A stretch of 48,288 bases of DNA from a virus (lineage: Duplodnaviria; Caudoviricetes). Below, one piece after another: positions 27,126 through 36,167 of this stretch. A program made the translations under genes and the position numbers. The notes beneath the pieces were generated by a model. The model saw only the letters and a program-made list of their open reading frames with translations. It was not told where the DNA came from and made no database searches. The stretch covers positions 1 to 48,288 of the IMG/VR virus record IMGVR_UViG_3300014208_000013; one strand, 5' to 3'. Position 1 is the stretch's first letter. Each line of letters opens with the position of its first letter.

Positions 27126-27508
27126 AAGAAAAAGACCTCCAATGCCTTTTTAGAAACTGGCTCAAAGCCAACTGGCGCCAAAGCGCCGCCTTCGAGCTTA
27201 AAATCTGCAAGACGGATAGGTTCAATTTGAAGTGTATTGCCGAACATCAGTTAGCTAATTTAGAGTTAGCCAATAGGGGGTTATTCTTTTGGAAGCTGGC
27301 CGATCTTGGGTTGCAAAATGCTTTCGATTGCTTTACTCTTTCTCAGGTTCCGGCCTATGTGGTAATCTTTTTTTACAAGCCAAGGCAACCTAAGAAATTT
27401 TATATGATTAAAATTGATACAATATTAATAGCTAAGCGTAAAGGTTATAAGAGTATAACCGAAAAACAAGCTGAATATCTCGCCGAATTAACAGGCGAGT
27501 TAAAGTAA
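27122..27508 (+). CDS. recU: RecU-like Holliday junction resolvase
   Basis: AFELK...IAEHQLANL...FDCF pattern. Confidence 0.7.
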   Translation: MKEKDLQCLFRNWLKANWRQSAAFELKICKTDRFNLKCIAEHQLANLELANRGLFFWKLADLGLQNAFDCFTLSQVPAYVVIFFYKPRQPKKFYMIKIDTILIAKRKGYKSITEKQAEYLAELTGELK

Positions 27509-27513
27509 AATAT

Positions 27514-27813
27514 ATGCTAACAAAATACGAAATGATTAGCCGTTTGTCTGAGCAATCCGGCGTTTCAAGGAGGTATGTCAGGGACATAGTAGAGATCCTG
27601 CCTGATTTGATATTGGAAGAGGTAAAGTCCGGTAAAAAATTCAGGATCATCGGAGTAGTTGATATTTTCATGAGAAAAAGAAACGGCCGGAAGATGTTTA
27701 ACTGCAAAAAAAGGGAAATGATGGACGTTAACAGTATAATGGTTCCAAAATTCAAGGCTGGATTCAGGTTAAAACGCGAATTAAAAGAGATGATGGGAGG
27801 TGAGGCTAAATGA
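27514..27813 (+). CDS. HU/IHF-like DNA-binding protein
   Basis: TKYEMISRLSEQSGVS...VPKFKAG..LK. Confidence 0.8.
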   Translation: MLTKYEMISRLSEQSGVSRRYVRDIVEILPDLILEEVKSGKKFRIIGVVDIFMRKRNGRKMFNCKKREMMDVNSIMVPKFKAGFRLKRELKEMMGGEAK

Positions 27814-27914
27814 ACCAAATTCTTAAAACAACTTGGGAAATTATTAGATTTTTATTCGGTTTCATGGCAACTCTTATTTTTTTCTACGCCATTATTTCCC
27901 TATTAAAAAGCTGA
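27810..27914 (+). CDS. Small membrane peptide (34 aa)
   Basis: Hand-translated MNQILKTTWEIIRFLFGFMATLIFFYAIISLLKS*; overlaps the convergent gene end. Confidence 0.45.
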   Translation: MNQILKTTWEIIRFLFGFMATLIFFYAIISLLKS

Positions 27915-30900
27915 AAAAGGATTTTCTTCTTCACTTGAAGTTGGAGTAGCAGATTGTTGTTCTTCAATGTTATCCGCTTCATTCCCCTTTTCAATCAATT
28001 TTTTAAGAGCCGTTCCAACGCTTGCGTTATACAGACCGGCTTCTTTTAATTGCTTAATGAAGTCAACTACTTTAGTCTGGACATCCTCGTCGGTTTCCGC
28101 TATTATCATCCTGCCATAAATAATATCGGCAATATCACTTGGCGAATCCTTGAAATAATAAATAGGTTGTATAGTTGATTGGACATACATAGCTTGCTTT
28201 TTAAGCATATTTACAAAAGTATTACGCAAGGCTTTGTTCTCTGATAATTTTTTTGCAATGGCGTTTGATTCTTCATCAGTTTTAGCCTTGTCAAAATCAT
28301 CCATCAGTTTGACAGCTTCTTTTTTTATAGCGTCAGTGTCTTGTTTTAATAAATTGTTTATTTGCAACTGCTCCCGGCGATAGTTAAAAATATCATTATA
28401 CTCATCTTTATTTTTAGTAATGTCATAAGGAGTAAATAAGTTATATCCCTCTCTCTTTGATTCTTCTCCGGTCGGAGTTTTGTAGCTCTCCAAATTTTGA
28501 GACATAAAAGGAATATCCCGTTCAATCGCTTCAATAAATCCATCAGCTTTTCTATATACCGGATCAACAATAGTGGAAATCCATCTCATCATTCCATTCC
28601 ACGGAATAGCTTGTCCTGCGGTAAAAGCTCCTGATTTAACCATTTCTCTAAGTTTATTTTCCTCGGAGTTAATAGCCGTTACCATGGATCCCAGGGACTC
28701 CATGAACGTCTGATTGGTAAAAAGTTCAAAAGCTCCATAAAGAGTGCGAAGTCCTTTTTCAAATTGGGTATCGGTTAGGGATGTTTTACTTTCGTCTTGG
28801 TAATATTTAAAAGCGGCCGGTAAAGCGATAGACAGTCCGGCCGGGCCGAAGTATTGCATTGGAACCCATTTATCGCCGATTTTTATTGAATACGGCTTCT
28901 TGCCTTGGGCGTAGAATAAGTCCCTTAATTCTGGATCATTGGGTATTCCCCAAGTAGTTCTATCTTCCATGGCTAAACTGGCTCCATAGGCGGTAACGGA
29001 ACTGCCAATAAGCATTTTGGCGATTTGCTCTGATTTTCTTGCATTTCCCGGCAATGTTGCTAATCCGGCTGGGCTGTATTCTATCCATTGCTTAGCGATG
29101 TTCATCGGAGTTTTTAGAAACAACACGAACCATCCGGCTCCGGGGAATTTTTTTCTCATTCCATCAACCGCGGCAGTGGCTTTGTCAACCTTGGATAATA
29201 ACCAACCTTGTCCGCTCTTACCGGTTTCGTCTATCCCTGTCCTAAATAACGAATAAGCCGCGATTCCCTCCGCTTCCTTGGCTGATTTTCCGGCCGCCAT
29301 TTCTCCTCCGGCGATAAGCCTGGTTAAAAACCTGTCCGTTGCTTCAAGCGCCAATGTCGGAACCCTAAAAATTTTTGGGAGTTTGCCGGTTGGTATTTTT
29401 TTTAAATCCTGTTGACCAATATTTATTTTACCGGTAAAAACATCCTTAAAATCGCTAGCCGCTTGGCCGATATTTTCCGCCAATCCCTTATAATATAGGG
29501 GGAGTTCTTTAAATTTTGTTTGCCCTCCAATCAATGCGTCAACCAATTTTGTCGCCGGACGGGTTATAAAAGTCTGAACGATATTAGAAAATAGGTTTCT
29601 TTCAAAAGTCCTGGGATTAGATAAGACATTGTTATACCGAAATTCTTGCAAGACATCAGTAAAACTTGGCTTTTCAAATTCCCTAAATAGTTTTTCTACT
29701 GCCTCGGAATCGGTCGGATCTATTTGCGCCGCTTTCTTTGCCAGTTCATCGCTGTCATTTCCAAGTTTTGATAGCTTGGCAATAACTTTATCAAGATAGT
29801 TGCCTTCTTCTCCACTTACATCATAGCGAAAAGAACGAAGACTCCTGCCCTTGTCAGCCGCCTCGGATGATAATATCTTCCATAAATCAGCCTGTTCTTT
29901 AATGAGCTTTTCTCTTGTCGCAGTGTCTTTAATCTTCGGCAAAGCCTCGGTAATCTCCACCACCCTTTGCCTAGTATTGGTCAGCTTCTCGGCAAAAGCC
30001 ACTGTCTCTTCGCGCGGAATAGCTTTTTGTAATATATCGGCGTTTTTCATGCCCTCTGCTATTTCCGCTTCTGTTACTGGCGATCCTTTGACTTTTTCCA
30101 GCTCTCCTTTTACCGCATTAATACTTTCTTCTGCTTGTTTTCTCGCGTCGCCTTTCAATCCGAGACGGTCAAGATTAATATTAAAGGCATATTTTTCACT
30201 TGGCTTTTCTCCCACTTTCCCAGGCAACTTTGCAAACCCAGCCTGATTATTTTTAATTTCCTTTGATAATAATTCAGCTTCTTTGAGAGATACTTTTACC
30301 CCTGATTTTAAATCATTATAAATAACTTTAGCAACAGGCGATAATTTCTTTGCCAACACCGCCGCCCCTTCAAACCCTACGCCAATGGCTAAATCTTTTA
30401 ACGCCCTCTCATACCTTGCCTCTTCACCCGGCTCGTAATCTATTTGTCCCAAAGCCACGAATGATCCGATATTGGCCGCCATCTTAGCCGCCTGTGGTAG
30501 TTCCTTAATGGAATTATATAAAGTCGCCACAGCCTTATCGGTAGCTGCTTCTTTTAACATTCTTGAAGAACTATAATTTACCAATTCACTGATACTTCCT
30601 AAAAGTTGTTTTTTAAATGGGATGCTGTTTGTCTTGGCGCTGATTTCAGTTATTGCCCTGACCTGTCCTTCCAGCGTGGCTGGCGCGACGGTTTTTACTT
30701 TTCTTAACAGACTGGCAATCTCCGGTAATTTATTATAATCAGCTTTCATGGCCGCGTCTTCAAAGATGTGCTGGGTTACTCCGGGTTTTAAGACTATTTT
30801 AGTCTTGGCAAGCGGCGAAAGAATGGAAGTCATTGCCTTATCCAAAAGAGCAAACTTAATAAAATCTCCGGTTACCTCTCCGCCTCCAACTGCGATTTTT

Positions 30901-31388
30901 TCTTCTTTAGTTTTAGGCGTTACCGCAAGAAGTTCTTTTGTCTTTTCGTATCCGGCTGTAGTTCCTTTTTTTATATCCTTTAATTTATCAATGCCAAAAG
31001 TCGGAGAAGTCTTATTGATTGCTTCTAAAACATTAACGGCTGATTTACCGAGGCTGGTTGCCGTTCCCTTCCACCAGTCGGCACTGCTTTTTAAATAATC
31101 AGTATCTTTTACCGCTTCTTTTAAATACGGCAGGCTTTCTTTGGTTTTTTTAACCTCTGATTTGGCCGTAGTTTTTATGGCACTACCGATAGCTTTAGCT
31201 TCCGTCTTTAAAATTTCTCCGGTGGAAGGAGCTTTAAAAAAAGTATTGATTTCCTTTTGATTAATACCACGTTCAATCAATCGCTGATTCAAAGCCGGAT
31301 CAATATTTTTATCCGGCTTATTCTCATCGTCAATCTCAACAAAATCCTTAATGAAATTCGTTGCGCTTTTGAATATATTTATTGGCAT
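27903..31388 (-). CDS. Large internal virion / DNA ejection protein
   Basis: 1161-aa helical protein, last in the tail operon; PYSIKIGDKW motif seen in large phage polyvalent/ejection proteins. Confidence 0.65.
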   Translation of the reverse strand: MPINIFKSATNFIKDFVEIDDENKPDKNIDPALNQRLIERGINQKEINTFFKAPSTGEILKTEAKAIGSAIKTTAKSEVKKTKESLPYLKEAVKDTDYLKSSADWWKGTATSLGKSAVNVLEAINKTSPTFGIDKLKDIKKGTTAGYEKTKELLAVTPKTKEEKIAVGGGEVTGDFIKFALLDKAMTSILSPLAKTKIVLKPGVTQHIFEDAAMKADYNKLPEIASLLRKVKTVAPATLEGQVRAITEISAKTNSIPFKKQLLGSISELVNYSSSRMLKEAATDKAVATLYNSIKELPQAAKMAANIGSFVALGQIDYEPGEEARYERALKDLAIGVGFEGAAVLAKKLSPVAKVIYNDLKSGVKVSLKEAELLSKEIKNNQAGFAKLPGKVGEKPSEKYAFNINLDRLGLKGDARKQAEESINAVKGELEKVKGSPVTEAEIAEGMKNADILQKAIPREETVAFAEKLTNTRQRVVEITEALPKIKDTATREKLIKEQADLWKILSSEAADKGRSLRSFRYDVSGEEGNYLDKVIAKLSKLGNDSDELAKKAAQIDPTDSEAVEKLFREFEKPSFTDVLQEFRYNNVLSNPRTFERNLFSNIVQTFITRPATKLVDALIGGQTKFKELPLYYKGLAENIGQAASDFKDVFTGKINIGQQDLKKIPTGKLPKIFRVPTLALEATDRFLTRLIAGGEMAAGKSAKEAEGIAAYSLFRTGIDETGKSGQGWLLSKVDKATAAVDGMRKKFPGAGWFVLFLKTPMNIAKQWIEYSPAGLATLPGNARKSEQIAKMLIGSSVTAYGASLAMEDRTTWGIPNDPELRDLFYAQGKKPYSIKIGDKWVPMQYFGPAGLSIALPAAFKYYQDESKTSLTDTQFEKGLRTLYGAFELFTNQTFMESLGSMVTAINSEENKLREMVKSGAFTAGQAIPWNGMMRWISTIVDPVYRKADGFIEAIERDIPFMSQNLESYKTPTGEESKREGYNLFTPYDITKNKDEYNDIFNYRREQLQINNLLKQDTDAIKKEAVKLMDDFDKAKTDEESNAIAKKLSENKALRNTFVNMLKKQAMYVQSTIQPIYYFKDSPSDIADIIYGRMIIAETDEDVQTKVVDFIKQLKEAGLYNASVGTALKKLIEKGNEADNIEEQQSATPTSSEEENPFSAF

Positions 31389-31393
31389 AAAAT

Positions 31394-32977
31394 TTAATCT
31401 ACCGGTATTTCTATGGTTTTGCCTGACGGATTAGTCATTTTAATAGTTCCTCCGCCTTTTGGAACTTGTCCAGTTATGACTTGTCTGGCTCTCGGATCAT
31501 TAGGATTTAACCTATTTTTAATGACATCCAAAAGCTGATTAGTCTTGCCTGGATTTTTGATGCCATATTCTGCCACCTCGTTAATAGCAATATCAGTATT
31601 ATAATATCCATCTCCGCCCATACTGGATTGCAATCTTGACATGGCATCAGCTAAATCAGCTTTTTGTTTATCATTCATAACGATTGAGATATTAGCGGCT
31701 TGAGCTTTGGATTTTCCGATTTTTCCTAACGAGTGCTGGCTTAATATTTCTCCAGTATCTTGATTATATCTGGTAACGCTTACGACTCCCTTATCATCTG
31801 TAGCTTCAACCGATTTAATATTTGGATCATCAGAGGATAGTCCAGTAATACTATATTCCGTCCCTGTCACTGGATCGGTCAACGTCTGAGTAGTTCCAAC
31901 TGGCAGAGTCTTCATTAATGCGACAATGTCGCTTCCCTTGAAAAATGGATCAACAGATTCTTTATTAATCCCTGTAAATTCAATACCGTTCAGGGTCATA
32001 GTTTCTCCTGCCGGAACATCTTTAATAATTGAAAACATTTTTAACGCTTGGTCAAGCCCAAAAGTTGTTTCCGCCCTGTCTTCGGCCTTCCCCGCCCTTA
32101 CCTCTTCATTGTAAGCGTTAATGGCGCTTAACTTCTTGGCGGATAAATCTATGCTATCCTGGTGCGACTGACGAGCTACGTCGTAGAGCTTGGAGGCAAT
32201 ATCAAAATCTTCTTTCTTGCCAGTAGTGATAGCCAGCCTGGCGGCCGACTTAGCTTGCAATATCGCTTGCTCCTTAACCGCCCTTATCTTTGATATGTTT
32301 GCGTCATAAACGCTCTTAATGCGCTCCAGCTCGCCTCCAGCGCCGTAAAATGTTCCTCCTTGGGTGGGTGTCAGGGCGGCCGCGCCTGCAAATTGGGTAT
32401 TCATAAGGCCGCCGCGTTCTCCAGCCCCCACTAACGCCTTAGGAAGACCAGAACGCTTGGCTTCCTCAGCCTCGGTGATGAGCGGATCATATTGCAATCC
32501 GGCTTGCTTGCCAGCCTCGTCAATGGCTGTTAAATCATTGTCTGAAAAAGAGTTGATGGATTGCCTAGCGTTTTCCAAGTTGGTATAGGCGGTTGCCATG
32601 TCAGCTGATGTGGCTGGCTGGTTAATGATATTTTCCACCTGCTGTCCAAGATTTCCAAGGATTGAACTGTCAGTCCTTATTGTTTCCGCTGTGCCGCTTG
32701 ACGGGCTGGCATCAGAGCCGGTAATGGCGGGGAGATTTAATCCTCTTAAAGACTCACTGCTAAATACATCTTGGCCAACGGGATTAAAACCTTGTGAAGC
32801 CAAATCGCTTCCATATTTACTAAATAGATCGCCTCCCACGCCGATTATTTTTCTCGTAGTCGGATTTTGAAGATATTGAAAATTACCGCCCAAGTTCTTG
32901 TCCGCGTATTTGGCAAAAGTCTGCGTTCCGTTATCATCTATCGTTACGCCATTGTTGTCCACTGTTAGTTTAGCCAT
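31394..32977 (-). CDS. Putative ejection/pilot protein
   Basis: Ala/Gln-rich helical middle; follows the nozzle gene. Confidence 0.55.
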   Translation of the reverse strand: MAKLTVDNNGVTIDDNGTQTFAKYADKNLGGNFQYLQNPTTRKIIGVGGDLFSKYGSDLASQGFNPVGQDVFSSESLRGLNLPAITGSDASPSSGTAETIRTDSSILGNLGQQVENIINQPATSADMATAYTNLENARQSINSFSDNDLTAIDEAGKQAGLQYDPLITEAEEAKRSGLPKALVGAGERGGLMNTQFAGAAALTPTQGGTFYGAGGELERIKSVYDANISKIRAVKEQAILQAKSAARLAITTGKKEDFDIASKLYDVARQSHQDSIDLSAKKLSAINAYNEEVRAGKAEDRAETTFGLDQALKMFSIIKDVPAGETMTLNGIEFTGINKESVDPFFKGSDIVALMKTLPVGTTQTLTDPVTGTEYSITGLSSDDPNIKSVEATDDKGVVSVTRYNQDTGEILSQHSLGKIGKSKAQAANISIVMNDKQKADLADAMSRLQSSMGGDGYYNTDIAINEVAEYGIKNPGKTNQLLDVIKNRLNPNDPRARQVITGQVPKGGGTIKMTNPSGKTIEIPVD

Positions 32978-32996
32978 AATATTATAAAGTTATTTA

Positions 32997-34928
32997 TTAC
33001 TGAAATGACTGGTAAAGCGTGCGTTTCGCCGGGTCGCTGTATGCCCTTGCCTTTAATCCGAAGCTGGTAATTTCCCATTGTTGATTGTCTCCGTCAGAAG
33101 CGAAATCCACCTGGGCGTTATAGAACGGACTAGCCCTGAAACTTTTTCCTGTATAGATTCTAAACTTCTTTTTTCCGCTTAAATCTTCATTAGATCCGAA
33201 GCGCTCATAGCCGAAAGCTGACAGCCCCATGGTATTATAATCCTCGCTATTATATATCAATGCCGAGTTAGTGCCTAAGATATTAGTAGTGAACTTTTGC
33301 GTGTAGCCGTCCTCATCAAGTAAAAGGCTCACGGTCAGGGTGGTGTTAGGCGCGATATACCCCTCAATAAACATGTCAGTAATTTCCTTTTGAGCCTGGG
33401 GCAGTCCGAAGTTATATTGCTTAGAGCGCCAGTTGGCCGTTACTTCAAAATCGTTATCCAATGGCGTATCATTTACGAGATAAGTATTCGGAGATATGTC
33501 ATCGCCAAAATACAATTCTTCAGATGTTCCGTTATCATAAACCGTAAAATCATTAGCATTAAAACCGACGACCGGCGAGTCCCAAATCTTCTGCTTGATA
33601 TTCCAAACCAGTATCGTGTCGTTAAAGCCAGCGCTAGATGACGACTTGGCTGAGAAATAGGCTTTGTCGCGAAAGACTATGCCAGAAGCGGCAGAGAAGT
33701 CCATGTCTTTAACCGTCGGCTGGATGATATTGGATATGGGGATAGACTGTGGATAATCAACACCTTCCACCCGTGATAACTCCATAATCTGCTTATCCGG
33801 GGTGATGAAATACACGGCGTTCCCCCCGGTAAATGTTCCCTTGTTGGTTATTGACCCGGTGGTTTGCCCCTTGCCGTCAAAAGGTTTTAGGGGGGTAAGG
33901 GTATAGAGCGCGTCGGTTAATGTCGCCCGGTAAATGATTGATTTTTTAAAAATATAAATGGCGTTTTCGTCCTGCGCCATGCCGGTTACGCCTCCTCCGC
34001 CCTCTCCTAAGTTAAAAATACCGGCCGCGTCGGCGGTAGAGTCGGAAACCAAAGTATCTAAAAATGTTGCGGCATTGCCGTAAGTTGAAAACCAGACGGC
34101 CTGGGTGGATGAGGCCACGCCGGATATAAAGAGGCGGTTATTGGCAGTTAAGTAAATATTACCCTTGGGGTGGGTGGCGTATTCATCAGTCGCTTGCGCT
34201 ACGCCTCTATCTGTGGCGCAAGTCGGAGGAGTTGAGCTTAGTATAAAAGTAGTAGCGGTCTTAGAAGTATAAGTCCGCTCCACTCCGCATAATATTATGT
34301 CGCCGGTGGCGGAAAAGTCGGCGGTGTCTATAACCATGAGGGTCGTGGATGTGGCCTCTCCATTGGTCAGCGTATGAGCGCCATTCCAGCGCATGGCGCT
34401 ATCTGTGGCGTTGCCGAAGTGGGTGTAGGAGTGGAGATCGGTATTGATATTAAAATCGGCAAAGCCAAAGGACTGGTCGGTAGTCAGTCCGGTTTTTAAA
34501 TATTCCCAAGTGTCATTGCCTTCCTCGTAATATTCAACGAATGTGTCGTAAGCCCTCATCATGACATTCTCGCCACTCCGCTTTCTGAACGTATGAAGCG
34601 AGTTGATATTATCTTCGGTGCTTGAAGCTGTACCGACCGGGAATAGCTCATAGCCTAGATTGCGGATGGAAATCCGGTCGCCGTCGTTCGCGGTGGTGTT
34701 CTGACCCCGGCCGTTAGCGCCGTTCGGGAGCTTGGTTTCGTCCAGCTTGGTCTGATAGCCCTGGAAGCTATCAATGACCGTCCACTGAGCGTCCGGGTAA
34801 GCCTCTCCCAAAATAGGATTAGTTCCTAATATATTATTATCAGGCACTGACAAAGCAATACCGAGACAAGCTATTATGCCGGTAATTGCAAGATAAGCGA
34901 TTAAGACTTTGTTTAATTTACCTTTCAT
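32997..34928 (-). CDS. Tail nozzle / head-closure protein (P22 gp10 / T7 gp12-like) with N-terminal hydrophobic leader
   Basis: Beta-propeller-like repeats (NNRLFISG, VWFS, VTGM..IYIFK, WRSKQYNFG..QKEI); follows the adaptor gene. Confidence 0.75.
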   Translation of the reverse strand: MKGKLNKVLIAYLAITGIIACLGIALSVPDNNILGTNPILGEAYPDAQWTVIDSFQGYQTKLDETKLPNGANGRGQNTTANDGDRISIRNLGYELFPVGTASSTEDNINSLHTFRKRSGENVMMRAYDTFVEYYEEGNDTWEYLKTGLTTDQSFGFADFNINTDLHSYTHFGNATDSAMRWNGAHTLTNGEATSTTLMVIDTADFSATGDIILCGVERTYTSKTATTFILSSTPPTCATDRGVAQATDEYATHPKGNIYLTANNRLFISGVASSTQAVWFSTYGNAATFLDTLVSDSTADAAGIFNLGEGGGGVTGMAQDENAIYIFKKSIIYRATLTDALYTLTPLKPFDGKGQTTGSITNKGTFTGGNAVYFITPDKQIMELSRVEGVDYPQSIPISNIIQPTVKDMDFSAASGIVFRDKAYFSAKSSSSAGFNDTILVWNIKQKIWDSPVVGFNANDFTVYDNGTSEELYFGDDISPNTYLVNDTPLDNDFEVTANWRSKQYNFGLPQAQKEITDMFIEGYIAPNTTLTVSLLLDEDGYTQKFTTNILGTNSALIYNSEDYNTMGLSAFGYERFGSNEDLSGKKKFRIYTGKSFRASPFYNAQVDFASDGDNQQWEITSFGLKARAYSDPAKRTLYQSFQ

Positions 34929-36102
34929 ATAAATTGCTGGTTATTGGATCATTATCAAAACGATAGCGCATGGTGGTCGGCACAGGAACCATGTTTGGAT
35001 ATTTAGAATCAAAAGCGTCCCAGGCTTCTTTCTTCTTGCGCATGACGTAAGAGAATAGGTTGACGTTATTTATGCCGACTAAAAGCCGCTCCATACTTTC
35101 AAAGAGAATTACGTCAATCCATTCCTGATCGCCGATTAAGCTGTCGGCGGTATTGTAATCGCTTGAACGGTAGAACTTTTCCTGATCCGCGGCGCTTGAA
35201 CCGCTTGCCATAACGACATAGCGGGAGTAATACCAGTAATCAAAGAGCTTCCATTCTCTTAGGTTGGCGGTGTCTAAGTAATAAACCCCGGTGGCGGCCG
35301 CGTTTAAAATTATCTTTTCCGAGGCTATGCTCGCGCTATTAAATGTTCCGATTTCGGTTGCCTCATTCAAGTTATGAGCGATTAAATTCCAACTATCGGC
35401 TTTGAACGCCTGGCCGGAGAATTGGGCGGTAACGACGGTTTTAATATAATTAGAGTCGTCAGTCTGGAGCCTAATTTCTATTGAAGTTGGAACAGCGTCA
35501 AGGTATATCCAGCGGAAATGATATTTGTTTTTGTAGAGTGAATCGTTTTGAGCCGTGGTGAAAGTATTTTTAATAGTGGCGACGGCGGTTGAACTCGTAA
35601 TTACTACCCTGATACTGCCGTTTCCCTCTTTATAATTTACCGTATCTTCGGAAACGCTTACCGCGTCATCAGAAGCGGCATAATTGTCGCTATCCTCGGC
35701 GTTATCAAGCTCTATGCTCTCTAGCCCCAAATCTTTATAATCAACGCCGAGCATGGGCGTTCCAGCGTCCCAGATTTCAGCTAAGAGGTTGCGGTTGGAC
35801 ATTACGTCCTGGTAAAACTGCTTGGGAGTGGTGTTAAAAAAGCGGGCGGTAGAAGCGTAGTTTTCAATATTAGTCGGCTCTAAGAACATAAGCTCGTCGT
35901 GATCGGAGGCAACTGGATATTCTTTCACTCCGTTAAAAACTTTAAGCGAGCCTTTCTTGACGCACCACGGAAAGACTGACTCGCGCCTAAGCGCGCGAAT
36001 CGCTCCGTCTATAGCCTTAACCTTGTATTGTTCTTCAAGGTTATCAATATCTTTCTCGCGGTTCATTTCTTCCAAGAGTTCGGCGAGTGTTGTTGTTTGC
36101 AT
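34918..36102 (-). CDS. Head-tail adaptor (tail tubular A-like) with an inserted beta-sandwich domain
   Basis: Helical N- and C-termini (AIDGAIRAL..FPW..EYP) flanking a sugar-binding-like insert. Confidence 0.6.
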   Translation of the reverse strand: MQTTTLAELLEEMNREKDIDNLEEQYKVKAIDGAIRALRRESVFPWCVKKGSLKVFNGVKEYPVASDHDELMFLEPTNIENYASTARFFNTTPKQFYQDVMSNRNLLAEIWDAGTPMLGVDYKDLGLESIELDNAEDSDNYAASDDAVSVSEDTVNYKEGNGSIRVVITSSTAVATIKNTFTTAQNDSLYKNKYHFRWIYLDAVPTSIEIRLQTDDSNYIKTVVTAQFSGQAFKADSWNLIAHNLNEATEIGTFNSASIASEKIILNAAATGVYYLDTANLREWKLFDYWYYSRYVVMASGSSAADQEKFYRSSDYNTADSLIGDQEWIDVILFESMERLLVGINNVNLFSYVMRKKKEAWDAFDSKYPNMVPVPTTMRYRFDNDPITSNLYER

Positions 36103-36127
36103 ATATTATTTTACTTAATTATTAACA

Positions 36128-36165
36128 TCCTTTATCCGCGGGATATAAGTCCCGCGAGGAAAGGA
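36128..36165. terminator. Intergenic hairpin
   Basis: TCCTTT..CGCGGGA-loop-TCCCGCG..AAAGGA. Confidence 0.45.
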
Positions 36166-36167
36166 GG

